Source of the DNA: an uncultured delta proteobacterium
Lineage (GTDB): Bacteria; Myxococcota_A; Polyangia; Fen-1088
NCBI GenBank assembly: GCA_963796685.1
Contig: CAWCMR010000025.1
Span: forward strand, 832,001-896,000
Direction of reading: 5' to 3'
DNA: 64,000 bases
Within the stretch, counting starts at the first letter, position 1. Each line of letters opens with the position of its first letter. Both the position numbers and the translations under genes were made by a program. Below the pieces are notes generated by a model. That model saw only the letters and a program-made list of their open reading frames with translations, did no database searches and was not told the DNA's origin. This document shows positions 29,875 to 39,936 of the stretch, piece by piece.

Positions 29875-31176
29875 CTACGACACGACGGCCGGGCTGGTCT
29901 TGGGCGCAACCTCGGTAGCGGCGGCGACCGCCAGGTCGGCGTGGCCGTAGGTCGAGCTGCCGATGGAGTAGCCTTCCTCGCCGTGCAGATTGATGTCGAG
30001 GCCTTCGCGCTCTTCATCGGCGGTGACGCGTAGGCCGACAGTGGCGTCCACGACCTTCAGGATGACCAGCGTACCGGCGACCGAGAACGCGACGGTGACG
30101 GCGACCGCCAAGAGCTGCTTGCCCAGGAACGTGGCATCGCCGGTGATGAGCCCATCCGCGCCGCTGGCGTTCCAGGCCTTGGTCGCGAACACGCCGAGCA
30201 GGATGGTGCCGACCGCGCCGCCCACGCCATGAACGCCGAAGGCATCCAAGGTGTCGTCGTAGTTGAGCTTGCTCTTGAGCATGACGGCGCCGTAGCAGGC
30301 GAGTCCTGCGGCCGTGCCGATGGCGATGGCACCCATGGGGCCGACGAAGCCCGAGGCCGGGGTCACGGTGGCAAGACCGGCGACGAGGCCCGAGGCGAAG
30401 CCGAGCGCCGACGCCTTGCCGTAGCGGATCACGTCGATGAGCATCCACGCCGTGCCGCCCGCGGCCGCCGCCAGCTGGGAATTGACCAAGGCCAGGGTGG
30501 CGATGCCCGAGGCGCCGAGCGCGCTGCCGCCGTTGAAGCCGAACCAGCCGAACCAGAGAATGCCCGCGCCGAGCAGCACCATGGTCAGGTTGTGGGGAAG
30601 GCTGCGCTCGCGCGGATAGCCGATGCGCTTGCCCACCACCAGAGCCACGACCAGGGCCGACACGCCCGAGCTGACGTGGACCACGATGCCGCCCGCGAAG
30701 TCGAGCACTCCCATCTTGGCCATCCAGCCGCCGCTGCCCCAGACCCAGTGGGCCAGGGGATCATAGACCAGGGTCGCCCACAGGATGGTAAACAGGGCGT
30801 AGGCCGAGAACTTGAGACGCTCGGCGTAGGCGCCCGAGATGAGCGCGGGGGTGATGATGGCGAACATCATCTGGTAGGCGAAGAACAGCATGTGCGGGAT
30901 GGTGTCGCCCTGGCGCGGCGCCAGATCCACGCCGCGCATGAACGCAAAGGACAGCCCCCCGATGAGACCGCCATGATCGGGCCCGTAGGCCAGCGAATAC
31001 CCGAAGAGCGTCCATTGCAAGGTCAGAAGGCCCAGCACCACGAAGCTGTGCATGAAGGTGGAGAGGACGTTCTTGGTGCGGACCAGGCCGCCGTAGAAGA
31101 GCGCCAAGCCGGGCATCATGAGCAACACGAGCCCTGTCGAAATGAGCATCCATGCGGTGTCGCCGGTATTGATCAT
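29875..31176 (-). CDS. amtB: Ammonium transporter
   Basis: GDTAWML, PGLALFYGG, YQMMFAIIT, DFAGG.VVH, LWFGWFGFNGGS, DDTLDAFGVHG. Confidence 0.97.
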   Translation of the reverse strand: MINTGDTAWMLISTGLVLLMMPGLALFYGGLVRTKNVLSTFMHSFVVLGLLTLQWTLFGYSLAYGPDHGGLIGGLSFAFMRGVDLAPRQGDTIPHMLFFAYQMMFAIITPALISGAYAERLKFSAYALFTILWATLVYDPLAHWVWGSGGWMAKMGVLDFAGGIVVHVSSGVSALVVALVVGKRIGYPRERSLPHNLTMVLLGAGILWFGWFGFNGGSALGASGIATLALVNSQLAAAAGGTAWMLIDVIRYGKASALGFASGLVAGLATVTPASGFVGPMGAIAIGTAAGLACYGAVMLKSKLNYDDTLDAFGVHGVGGAVGTILLGVFATKAWNASGADGLITGDATFLGKQLLAVAVTVAFSVAGTLVILKVVDATVGLRVTADEEREGLDINLHGEEGYSIGSSTYGHADLAVAAATEVAPKTSPAVVS

Positions 31177-31386
31177 GTCGAGCAGGTTGCATCCAGGAAA
31201 AAACCGAGAAAAGTGCAGGTTTCATACGACTTGCATAATTTGCCTTGGCGACACTCGGAAGTAACCGCGATTTATTCATTCAGATACTTGAAAGAAACAA
31301 TAGCCTTCGTCACGGCGTGTTTCCGTCCGTTCTTGGTTGTATTCGCGGGTGGCGCGCATGGTTTTGACACGTTATAGACAGTCGCG

Positions 31387-32370
31387 GTGAACCAGCAGGG
31401 TGACACGCCGGCCGTTGCTTGTCGGGGCTTGCGCAAAGTCTTCGACGGCCGGCATGGGCTCTTTCGCAAGCCCTCGCCCGCCGTGGTCGCCGTCGATGGC
31501 CTGGACCTGCGCATCGAGCGTGGGGAGTGCTTTGGCTTGCTGGGGCCGAATGGCTCAGGCAAGACCACGACGGTCGAAATGCTGGAAGGCCTGCTTGCGC
31601 CCAGCGCGGGGGAGGTGGAGTTGCTGGGCCTGCGCTGGCAAAGCCATGAGGACAGATTGCGCGAACGCGTGGGCGTGGCCTTGCAAGAGACCCACTTGCC
31701 CGAGAAGCTGATGGTCGAAGAGCTGCTCACGCTCTTTCGCAGCTTCTATCGCAGGCCGCGCCCGCTGGCGGAGCTCCTGGCAGAGGTCGAGCTCGAGGAG
31801 AAACGGCGCTCGTGGGTGGGCAAGCTGTCGGGCGGGCAGCGCCAGCGATTGGCCATCGCATGCGCCATGGTGGGCGAGCCCGAAGTGCTCTTCCTCGACG
31901 AGCCGACCACAGGGCTGGATCCGCAGTCGCGACGCCAGGTGTGGGGGCTCGTCTCCGCCTACCGCGCGCGCGGCGGCACCGTGGTGTTGACCACGCACTA
32001 CATGGAAGAGGCCGAACGTCTTTGCGACCGCGTGGCCATCGTCGATCAGGGCAAGCTGGTCCGGCTGGGCACGCCAGCCGACCTGATCGCCGCGCTGCCG
32101 GGCGGCCACGTCGTGGAGCTCGAGCTCGAAAAGGCCACCGCCGCCGGATTGGAGGCCGTGGAGCTGTGCGGCCTACCGTCGGTCGCGGGGGCGCACCTGA
32201 CCGCCGAGGGCGTGTGGTCGCTGGCGGTGCGCGAACCCGAGCACGCGGTGGCCGCGGTGCTGGCCCTGGTCGAGCGCAAGGGCTGCACGCTGGCTCGCCT
32301 GGGCACGCGCAAGGCCTCGCTCGAGGATGTCTTCGTGGCGCTCACGGGGAGGCATTTGCGTGACGGCTGA
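31387..32370 (+). CDS. ABC-2 type transporter ATP-binding protein
   Basis: GPNGSGKTT, LSGGQRQR, LDEPTTGLDP, TTHYMEEAE. Confidence 0.95.
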   Translation: MNQQGDTPAVACRGLRKVFDGRHGLFRKPSPAVVAVDGLDLRIERGECFGLLGPNGSGKTTTVEMLEGLLAPSAGEVELLGLRWQSHEDRLRERVGVALQETHLPEKLMVEELLTLFRSFYRRPRPLAELLAEVELEEKRRSWVGKLSGGQRQRLAIACAMVGEPEVLFLDEPTTGLDPQSRRQVWGLVSAYRARGGTVVLTTHYMEEAERLCDRVAIVDQGKLVRLGTPADLIAALPGGHVVELELEKATAAGLEAVELCGLPSVAGAHLTAEGVWSLAVREPEHAVAAVLALVERKGCTLARLGTRKASLEDVFVALTGRHLRDG

Positions 32371-33454
32371 TTCGCGGCAAGGACGGTCGAATCCATCCGA
32401 TTTCCCCGATTCGCCCGATTCCCCCAATCCGATCATGCAGCTCACGCTGATGCGGCTGCGCGAGATCGGTCGCGAGCCGGGGGTCCTATTCTGGGCCTTC
32501 GGCTTTCCCGTGGTGTTGTCCCTGGCGCTGGGGATCGCCTTTCGCGCGCGCGGGCCCGAGCCGGTGGTGGTGGCGGCCTTGCCCGGGCTCTCCGCGCAGG
32601 TCGCGCGCGTTCTGACCGACGCCAAGGTCAAGGTCAAGGCGCTCGACGCCCCCGCGGCCGAAGCCGAGCTGCGTGCCGGACGCGTGAGCTTGATTCTGGC
32701 GCCACCGGCAACGCCCGGCCTTGCGCTGGTCTATCGCTTCGATCCGTCGCGCGCCGAGGGCCGCACCGCGCGCTCGGCGGTGAACCAGATCCTCCAGCGC
32801 GCGGCCGGACAGACCGAGCCACGCCTGGTGCGCGACGAGGAGGTGCGCGCGCCCGGCTCGCGCTACATCGATTTTCTGATCCCCGGCCTCATCGCCATGA
32901 ACCTCATGTCGGGGTCGATGTGGGGCGTGGCCTGGGTGGTGGTGCACATGCGCGTGCGCAAGCTGCTCAAACGCCTGCTGGCCGCGCCCATGCGGCGGCG
33001 CCACTTGATGTACTCGCTCGGCCTGGCCCGCCTGGTGATCATCCCCCTCGAGCTGCTCGTGATCCTGGTCTTTTCGCGCATCTTCTTTTCCGTGCAGGTG
33101 GCGGGATCGTATCTCGCGCTCCTGGCCGTGGCGTTCGGCGGCAGCGCATGCTTTGCCGCCATGGCCATCGCGGTCGCCAGCCGGGCGCAGAACACCGAAA
33201 CCGTCAGCGGCCTCATGAACCTGATCATGATGCCCATGTTCATCGCCTCGGGCGTGTTCTTCGCCTCCAGCAATTTTCCCGAGTCCATCCAGCCGGTCAT
33301 TCGCCTGCTGCCGCTCACCGCCATGTGCGACGGCCTGCGCGCGGTCATGATCGACGGCGCCGGGCTCGGCGGCGTGCTGCCTTCGCTGCTCATCCTCGCG
33401 CTGTGGGGCGTGCCCTCGTTCGCGGTGGGGCTGCGCTACTTCCGCTGGAATTGA
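32360..33454 (+). CDS. ABC-2 type transporter permease
   Basis: REP..LFW.FGFP, YIDFLIPG, SGVFF, LPLT. Confidence 0.92.
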   Translation: MTADSRQGRSNPSDFPDSPDSPNPIMQLTLMRLREIGREPGVLFWAFGFPVVLSLALGIAFRARGPEPVVVAALPGLSAQVARVLTDAKVKVKALDAPAAEAELRAGRVSLILAPPATPGLALVYRFDPSRAEGRTARSAVNQILQRAAGQTEPRLVRDEEVRAPGSRYIDFLIPGLIAMNLMSGSMWGVAWVVVHMRVRKLLKRLLAAPMRRRHLMYSLGLARLVIIPLELLVILVFSRIFFSVQVAGSYLALLAVAFGGSACFAAMAIAVASRAQNTETVSGLMNLIMMPMFIASGVFFASSNFPESIQPVIRLLPLTAMCDGLRAVMIDGAGLGGVLPSLLILALWGVPSFAVGLRYFRWN

Positions 33455-33524
33455 GCCTCGTTTTTCGAGTGACACGCGGCGGCCGTTCCCGCAAGATCGC
33501 CCGAGCTTCCAAAGGCAAATCAAC

Positions 33525-34499
33525 ATGACCACCAAGCTGGGCACTTCCTTTCTCGGGACCTTGTTGCTTCTTTCCGCCGCCCTCACGTCCGCGGCCAGCG
33601 CAAAGAGCGCCGCGGCCCCGGCCGCCGTCCCGGAGGAAGAGACACCAGGCGCGGCGGACGACCGGTCCGCGGCCCAAGAGAGCGAGGCCTCCAAGTTTCT
33701 GAACAGCCTGGAGTGGACCGTGGGCCCGGGCAAAGGGAAGGTCGGCAACCTGGCCGAGATCGACGTACCCGAGGGAACGCGCTTCACCGGCGCTGCCGGC
33801 ACACGCAAGATGCTCGAGATGATGCACAACCCGACGGGCGGCGGCGAGCTCGGTCTTCTCACCAACAACGAGCTCGACTGGTTCGTCATTTTCGAGTTCG
33901 AGGACATCGGCTACGTCAAGGACGCGGACAAGGACAAGCTGGACGGTCAGGCGATCCTCACATCCCTGCGCGAGGGCAACGAGGCGAGCAACGAAGAGCG
34001 CAAGAAGCGCGGCTGGGCCCCCATCACCATCGTCGGCTGGCACACGGCCCCCTTCTACAACAAGGACACCCACAACCTCGAATGGTGCATCAAGGGCGCG
34101 TCCGAGGGCCACGAAATCGTGAACTACAACACGCGCATCCTGGGCCGCGGCGGCGTGATGAGCGCGAACCTGCTGGTGGCCCCGGAGCAGCTCGACACCA
34201 CCTTGCCGAGCATCAAGACCATCCTCAAGGGCTTCGCCTACATCGAGGGACAGAAGTACTCGGAGTGGAAGTCGGGCGACAAGATCGCCAAGTACGGCCT
34301 GTCGGCCCTAGTCGTAGGCGGCGCCGTCGGCGTGGCCGCCAAGCTCGGCTTCCTGGGCAAGCTGGCGGGCGTGCTGGGCAAGCTGTGGAAGCTCGTCATC
34401 GTCGGTATTGCCGCCCTGGGCGCCGGCCTCAAGGGCCTGCTCTTCGGCAAGAAGAAAGAGAAGGCGCCACCGGTCGAGCCGGCCGGCAAAGAAGAGTAA
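33525..34499 (+). CDS. DUF2167 domain membrane-anchored protein
   Basis: Signal peptide; GYVKD.D, NEER.KRG, GW...P.Y....H.L.W, NY..R.LGR.G, GDK.A.YGL..LV.G. Confidence 0.88.
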   Translation: MTTKLGTSFLGTLLLLSAALTSAASAKSAAAPAAVPEEETPGAADDRSAAQESEASKFLNSLEWTVGPGKGKVGNLAEIDVPEGTRFTGAAGTRKMLEMMHNPTGGGELGLLTNNELDWFVIFEFEDIGYVKDADKDKLDGQAILTSLREGNEASNEERKKRGWAPITIVGWHTAPFYNKDTHNLEWCIKGASEGHEIVNYNTRILGRGGVMSANLLVAPEQLDTTLPSIKTILKGFAYIEGQKYSEWKSGDKIAKYGLSALVVGGAVGVAAKLGFLGKLAGVLGKLWKLVIVGIAALGAGLKGLLFGKKKEKAPPVEPAGKEE

Positions 34500-34546
34500 C
34501 CGGGCATCCCCGCGGCGATCGTGATGGCGATAGGTAGGGCCGACGA

Positions 34547-35686
34547 TTGAGCGAGCTCACCGAGCTTTACGTCCTTTTCGTGGTCCTGTACCTCTTCGAG
34601 TGCTTGGCCTGGGTTCCACGCCGAACCGTGGGATTCTTCGCGCTCGGGAGAATCTGGCGGGGACGGTCCGCTTTCCGTCCCAACGCCGGCTGGTCCACGT
34701 CGGTGGTGTTCGGCATGCCTTGGCCTCCGCTCTCCCCTCCCTGGCTGGCCGAGCCTCTGCCCGTGGCCATCAATCCTTCCGGGATTGCGCTCATCGAATC
34801 GGACGGACGTCGGCTGGCCTGGGAAGAGCTCGGCCGGGTGTCGGCGCACGGACATCGGGTGGAAAGCGGCGAGCTGTCGCTTGCCACGATGGCCTCGCGC
34901 AAGGGCGCGTCTGCCCTGGCCGAGGCTCTCGAAAAGGCGCGGACCTTGCACCCGAAGCAGCGTGAGACCCATCTGCGCAAGCTCCTCGATGCCCGTTTCG
35001 ACGTGGCGGCTCCCCTTGACCGGTTGAAGGAGTTTCGCGCGAACGTCCGCGTCCTGCGCGTGTGCTCCAACGCGCTTTGGCTTTCCCTGTTCGGTGGACT
35101 GGGCGTGGCGGTGTTCACGCGTAGCACCCTGGTGCTGTTGGCCGCGGCCGCCGCGTCCTTGCTGCTCTGGCCGGTGAGCTCCGTCGTCTTCTTCCTGACC
35201 CTGCGCAAGTCGTCCTGGCTGGCACGCGAGCACAGGCCCGATCTGTCCAAGCGCCTGGTGGCCTTGCTCTCCCCCATTTCCGGGGTGCGCGGCGTGGACA
35301 TGTTGGCCCGCGAGGTGTGGGCCAATCTGGATCCCATGACGGTGGCCGCCGCCTTGCTTTCGTCAGACGCTCTGCCGAGGTTCGCGCGCCCGTTCCTGGT
35401 GGCGATGCGCGCTCGCGAGAACGACCGACTTTCTTGGTGGCACGCGGAAACCCGCCAGCGCATGGAGCGCGTGCTCGCCCACAGGAACGTCGACCTGGAG
35501 GCTTTGCTGGCCCCGCCCGCTCGCGAGAGCACGCGCGCGACAGCCTATTGCCCCTCGTGCCTGGCCCAATTCGAGACCGGGAAAGGACCCGGCGAGAGCT
35601 GCCCCAACGAGAGTTGCAGCGATGTTCCCTTACGCGCCTTTGACCTGAAAACACCCCACCCCGCGCAGCAGGGAGAGGTCCCGTGA
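34547..35686 (+). CDS. Hypothetical membrane protein with C-terminal Cys cluster
   Basis: TTG start, TM segments, YCPSC...CPNESC; stop overlaps the next gene. Confidence 0.65.
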   Translation: MSELTELYVLFVVLYLFECLAWVPRRTVGFFALGRIWRGRSAFRPNAGWSTSVVFGMPWPPLSPPWLAEPLPVAINPSGIALIESDGRRLAWEELGRVSAHGHRVESGELSLATMASRKGASALAEALEKARTLHPKQRETHLRKLLDARFDVAAPLDRLKEFRANVRVLRVCSNALWLSLFGGLGVAVFTRSTLVLLAAAAASLLLWPVSSVVFFLTLRKSSWLAREHRPDLSKRLVALLSPISGVRGVDMLAREVWANLDPMTVAAALLSSDALPRFARPFLVAMRARENDRLSWWHAETRQRMERVLAHRNVDLEALLAPPARESTRATAYCPSCLAQFETGKGPGESCPNESCSDVPLRAFDLKTPHPAQQGEVP

Positions 35687-36483
35687 CCGACCCAGAGACC
35701 CCGTCAGTGAATCCTCCACCGAAACGCGGCAACGGCTCGCTATTCGCGGCCTTCGGGGCCGTGGTCGTGGCCATCTTGGCCAAGTCGAAGGGCCTCCTGC
35801 TGGCGCTCAAGGGGCTGAGCGCGGGCAAGCTGCTGCTGACCGTCGGATCCATGCTGGCCATGGTCGCCTTCGAAGCGCAGCGATCGGGCTGGCTCTTCGG
35901 TCTCGGCTTCGTGGCGATGATCCTCATCCACGAGCTGGGCCATGGGTATGCCATCAAACGCGAGGGGCTTTCGGCCGGCTATCCGATCTTCATTCCCTTC
36001 ATTGGCGCCATGATCGCCCTGCGCGGCCAGCCGCGCAATTCCCTGGTGGAGGCGCGCATCGCCATCGCCGGGCCCATGGCAGGGACCCTGGCCGCACTCG
36101 GGGCCACCACCTTGTTCTTGACGACGGACGGGCGGATGTACCTGGCCGTCGCCTACGCCGGATTCTTCCTGAACCTCTTCAACCTGGTGCCCATGTCGCC
36201 TCTCGACGGCGGGCGTGTGGCCCGGATGTTTTCCCGCCGCATGTGGATCCTCGGGTTGCTCCTGTTGGCCGGCCTCTTCGCCCTGCACCCGAGCCCGCAA
36301 CTCGGCATCATCGGGGTCTTCGCCCTCATTCACTCCTTGTCCAGGCGAGCGGCCCCGGCCGGTCCCGACGAGTCCCAGGTGACCCCGAGGGATCGCGCTC
36401 GCATGGCCATGAGCTACTTCGGCCTCGCGGCCTTTCTGACCATGGGCATGCTGTTTGCCGGGAAGCTACTGGGCCAGGGCTAG
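35683..36483 (+). CDS. Site-2 protease (peptidase M50)
   Basis: HELGH, IAIAGP, NLFNLVP..PLDGG. Confidence 0.93.
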   Translation: MTDPETPSVNPPPKRGNGSLFAAFGAVVVAILAKSKGLLLALKGLSAGKLLLTVGSMLAMVAFEAQRSGWLFGLGFVAMILIHELGHGYAIKREGLSAGYPIFIPFIGAMIALRGQPRNSLVEARIAIAGPMAGTLAALGATTLFLTTDGRMYLAVAYAGFFLNLFNLVPMSPLDGGRVARMFSRRMWILGLLLLAGLFALHPSPQLGIIGVFALIHSLSRRAAPAGPDESQVTPRDRARMAMSYFGLAAFLTMGMLFAGKLLGQG

Positions 36484-36651
36484 CGTGAGTCGACCCAGCA
36501 ACCTCGCGCTCGATAAATTGGCCCTCCGTACTCAGCAGGCTCTCTTCCGTGGACCAAACGGATGCCAAGTACGGAGGGCCCCCCACTTCCACCTAGTTAC
36601 TGCTTACAGGAGAAACCCCTTTCGAATCGTCGCAATCGAGACAAAGAAACC

Positions 36652-37638
36652 TCAGCCAAGACCAAGAAGACCTTCGACATATTGACTTGCCGAGAACCCC
36701 CAAGGGTCGTTGGGATTGATTCGCGCAAGCTTTCCGCGGAAATCTTCGACGTTCTTGTAGCCGTGGGTGTCCATCCAGCCGCCAAGATCGGTCAGCATCT
36801 TGCCGATGACGGCGGGCCTTTCACGAATGATGACGCCCACGACCTGGGTGGCGCGAGCCCCCGCGAGAAGCATCTTGGCCACGTCGCGCCCGCTGCTGAT
36901 GCCGGTGCTGGCCGCGATGCCCGAGCGGATGCGATTGGCGAGCAAGGCTACCCAGCGCAGCGGCAGAAGAGAATCGCGCGACTCGGTTTCCTGGTAGCGC
37001 GCCCTCTTGGTCTCGGCGTCCACGTCGATGTCGGGCTGGAACAATCGGTTGAACATCACGAAGCCGTCGGCGCCCGCCTCCTCGAACCTGGACACGACAT
37101 TGAGCAGGTTGGTGTAGAACGGATGCAGCTTCACGCCGATGGGGACGCGGACGGCATTGCGAACCTGGTTCAGGATCTCCAGCTCGCGACTTTCGATGTC
37201 GGCCGCGGTCGTGGCAAGATCGTTGACCGGCGAGTAGAGGTTGAGCTCGATGCCGTCGATGCCCGCGCCCTCCAAGGCCTTGGCGTACTCGGCCCACTGG
37301 ATCTTGGTCACGCAATTGATGCTCGCGATGAGCGGAATCTTGACCGCCTTGCGCGCCTCCGAAACCCAGTACACGTGCGTACGCGTCCCTGCGTGCTCCA
37401 AGTGGGGAAACATCGAGGTCGCTTCCGCCGAGGTGTCATCGTGCTCGGCCAAGTCGCGCTCGAAGGCCTCGGCATCGATGCGAACCTGCTCTTCGAACAG
37501 GGACTTGAGCACCACCGCGGAAGCCCCGGCGGCCTCCATGGCCTTGATGGCGTCCACGCGAGTCGAGAGCGGAGAGGAGCCGACGATGATGGGATTCCGA
37601 AGCGGAATTCCCATGTAGCTCGTTCGTAGATCGGACAT
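36652..37638 (-). CDS. Dihydroorotate dehydrogenase-like FMN protein
   Basis: YMG..LRNP, VLKSLFEEQ, IASIN, ELNLY, VKL.P, FNRLFQPDID. Confidence 0.9.
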   Translation of the reverse strand: MSDLRTSYMGIPLRNPIIVGSSPLSTRVDAIKAMEAAGASAVVLKSLFEEQVRIDAEAFERDLAEHDDTSAEATSMFPHLEHAGTRTHVYWVSEARKAVKIPLIASINCVTKIQWAEYAKALEGAGIDGIELNLYSPVNDLATTAADIESRELEILNQVRNAVRVPIGVKLHPFYTNLLNVVSRFEEAGADGFVMFNRLFQPDIDVDAETKRARYQETESRDSLLPLRWVALLANRIRSGIAASTGISSGRDVAKMLLAGARATQVVGVIIRERPAVIGKMLTDLGGWMDTHGYKNVEDFRGKLARINPNDPWGFSASQYVEGLLGLG

Positions 37639-37656
37639 GCTGACCTCCCTTTTTTA

Positions 37657-37677
37657 ATGGGACCAACTCGGTCCCAT
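37657..37677. promoter_or_regulatory. Perfect palindrome, candidate operator
   Basis: ATGGGACC-AACTC-GGTCCCAT, about 20 bp upstream of the DHOD-like start codon. Confidence 0.45.
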
Positions 37678-37790
37678 TTGGTCCGGGAAAAGGATCCCAG
37701 CTAAGCTTGCCTATGGGATGCTGCACGACCGGAAGGGGTGACAAAAAAAGATGAGAGAGTCGCAGCCCTTCGAGGGGTTCTGGCGGAACC

Positions 37791-39917
37791 GTGTCATCGA
37801 TACTAGGATGGTCGTCCTTGTCCTCCCCGCCATCTCGACCTTCGTCGCTACACCGCCATTCGGTGCAGATTGTCGCTACCGCGGGGATCTCGGCCGTGTG
37901 CTCGATGGGGGCCATAGGCCTGCTACGCCCTTGCGCCTTGCCGGCGACGCTCTCGCTGCTCTTGTGGTTGGCCAGCGGGCTTTGCGTGGGCATTCTGGAG
38001 GTTCTCTTCATCGTGGTGGCGCGCAAGGCCGCGGCGTGGCCGACGCGCCTTTTGCGGCCACGCTTTCCACGCCTGGCGGATTGGGCGCTCCCGGCGGTCG
38101 TCGGTCTCGCCGCGCTGCCAGCCTTCCTGGCCCTGGGGCGGGCGATGTTTTCCGGCCCTGGCGTCCGGCAGTGGTGGCTGGCCCCGGCCGGCCCGAGCTT
38201 GGTGACGGTCTTGGGCACCGCGGCGGTCTTGGTTGCCGCGCGGCTGCTCATCGCCTTCCGGTCGAGAACCCCTCGGACGCGCGTAGTCGGCGCCGGTGTG
38301 GGACTGCTCGTGGCTATCTCGGCTCTCGGCGCCGGCGCGCGGATCATCCCGCTCAACTACGGCTATCTTTGGGATGCGGCGATAGGGGTGTCGTTCGTGT
38401 CCTTCCAGGTCGCGATCCACCTGGCGTGGCCGCGACCGCGGTTCCTCGATGGCAGCGCCCTCGCAGCCGCGACGCTGCTGGCGGTGACCGCTGCGGCTGT
38501 CCTGGGAGCGCTGCGCTGGCCGGTGCCGTCGGGCGCGACGGCGGCCTTGCACGACGACGATCACCCCACCGGTCGCTTGGCGTCGCACTGGAGGTGGGCC
38601 ATCGACATGGACGGCGACGGCGCCTCTCCCATCCTTGGCGGGGGTGACTGCAACGACTTCGACGACAAGATCAACCCTCTGGCCATCGAGATCCCGGCCG
38701 ACGGAATCGATCAGGACTGCGATGGATCGGACTTGACCATCGCCCAGGCGCAAGATCGCTACGCTTACTGGAGCAAGCGCCCTTGGGCCCGCCAAGCCGC
38801 GGCTGACGGGGCTGCCGACGCTGCCACCTCCCGTGCCTCGATCGTGCTGCTGACCGTCGACGCCTTACGGGCGGACTATGCACGTCCGACGACCGCCGAG
38901 CTGGAGGGCCTCTGGCGAGACAGCGTGAGATTCTCGCACGCCTACGCACCCGCTTCTTCCACGCGGCTGTCCTTGCCGATCATGGCTACCTCGCGATTGG
39001 AGCCGAGCGGGAAACATTTCGCGCCGACCCTCGCGGCGCGGCTGCGCGCCAAAGGGTACCGCACCGACTTCGCCGCGGTGGCCTCGCCCGTCGAGTTCAT
39101 GGCAGAGAGCCGTCTCGAATTTCATCCGCCTTTCAATCTTCAACAAGGCTTCGACCGCGTGCAGCTGTCACGGCGGCAGGGCAAGGTGGCCGACTGGCCG
39201 GCCCTTGACGCCGAGACGGTGGACCATGCGCTCGCCATGGTTCGCGACCTATCGAGCGCGCCCGAGCCCTTCTTCCTCTGGGTCCACCTCTTCGCTCCCC
39301 ACCAGTGGGAGCGCGCCGTCGAGCCGCGTGAAGGGGAATCGGCCGAGTCGCGCTACCGCCGCACGGTCACACAGACCCTGGACGAAGCGAGCCGGTTGCT
39401 CGCCGGGGTGGACGCGGTATCGCAGGCGCGGCCGGTGATTGTGTTGTTCAGCGCCGATCATGGCGAAGCCCTCGGCGAGCGCGGGCTGCTCCACCACACT
39501 CGTTTTCTCTACGACTTCTTGGTCCGCATCCCGTTGCTCATCCGGGCGCGGGGCGTGGCCCCGATGGTCATCGACGTGCCGGTCTCCCTGCTCGATGTGG
39601 TCCCCACGCTGCTCGAGCTGTCGGGGAACGGGCTGTGCACCGATTGCTCGGGCGACTCGCTGGTCCCGCTTTGGGCGTCCAAGGCACCGGTTGCCAGCCG
39701 GGCGTTGCTTCTACGCGACAACGATCAAGTGGCGTTGATTCGCGACGGTTGGAAGTTGCTCTTTATGCCCCGTGCCAACCTGGTCGAGCTCTACCCGCTC
39801 GATGAGGAGCAGCCCCAAGCTGAGGCTGCCGCTGCCCATCCCGAGGTTGCACGGGAGATGCTGGGGCTGCTTCGCGCCTCGCCGCTACGCCGATTTCATC
39901 CCCTGCTCCCGAACTGA
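37791..39917 (+). CDS. Membrane sulfatase-like (alkaline phosphatase superfamily) protein with an Asp-rich metal-binding repeat
   Basis: TM N-half; DMDGDG...GDCND...I.P...EIP.DGIDQDCDG; LTVDALRAD, FFLWVHLFAPH, ADHGE, RIPL, SLLDVVPT. Start uncertain. Confidence 0.85.
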   Translation: MSSILGWSSLSSPPSRPSSLHRHSVQIVATAGISAVCSMGAIGLLRPCALPATLSLLLWLASGLCVGILEVLFIVVARKAAAWPTRLLRPRFPRLADWALPAVVGLAALPAFLALGRAMFSGPGVRQWWLAPAGPSLVTVLGTAAVLVAARLLIAFRSRTPRTRVVGAGVGLLVAISALGAGARIIPLNYGYLWDAAIGVSFVSFQVAIHLAWPRPRFLDGSALAAATLLAVTAAAVLGALRWPVPSGATAALHDDDHPTGRLASHWRWAIDMDGDGASPILGGGDCNDFDDKINPLAIEIPADGIDQDCDGSDLTIAQAQDRYAYWSKRPWARQAAADGAADAATSRASIVLLTVDALRADYARPTTAELEGLWRDSVRFSHAYAPASSTRLSLPIMATSRLEPSGKHFAPTLAARLRAKGYRTDFAAVASPVEFMAESRLEFHPPFNLQQGFDRVQLSRRQGKVADWPALDAETVDHALAMVRDLSSAPEPFFLWVHLFAPHQWERAVEPREGESAESRYRRTVTQTLDEASRLLAGVDAVSQARPVIVLFSADHGEALGERGLLHHTRFLYDFLVRIPLLIRARGVAPMVIDVPVSLLDVVPTLLELSGNGLCTDCSGDSLVPLWASKAPVASRALLLRDNDQVALIRDGWKLLFMPRANLVELYPLDEEQPQAEAAAAHPEVAREMLGLLRASPLRRFHPLLPN

Positions 39918-39936
39918 CTCCCCATCCGACACGTCT

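Noticed and set aside
31230-31246. Sigma54 promoter for amt
   Set aside because: GG-to-GC spacing is 8 nt rather than 10.
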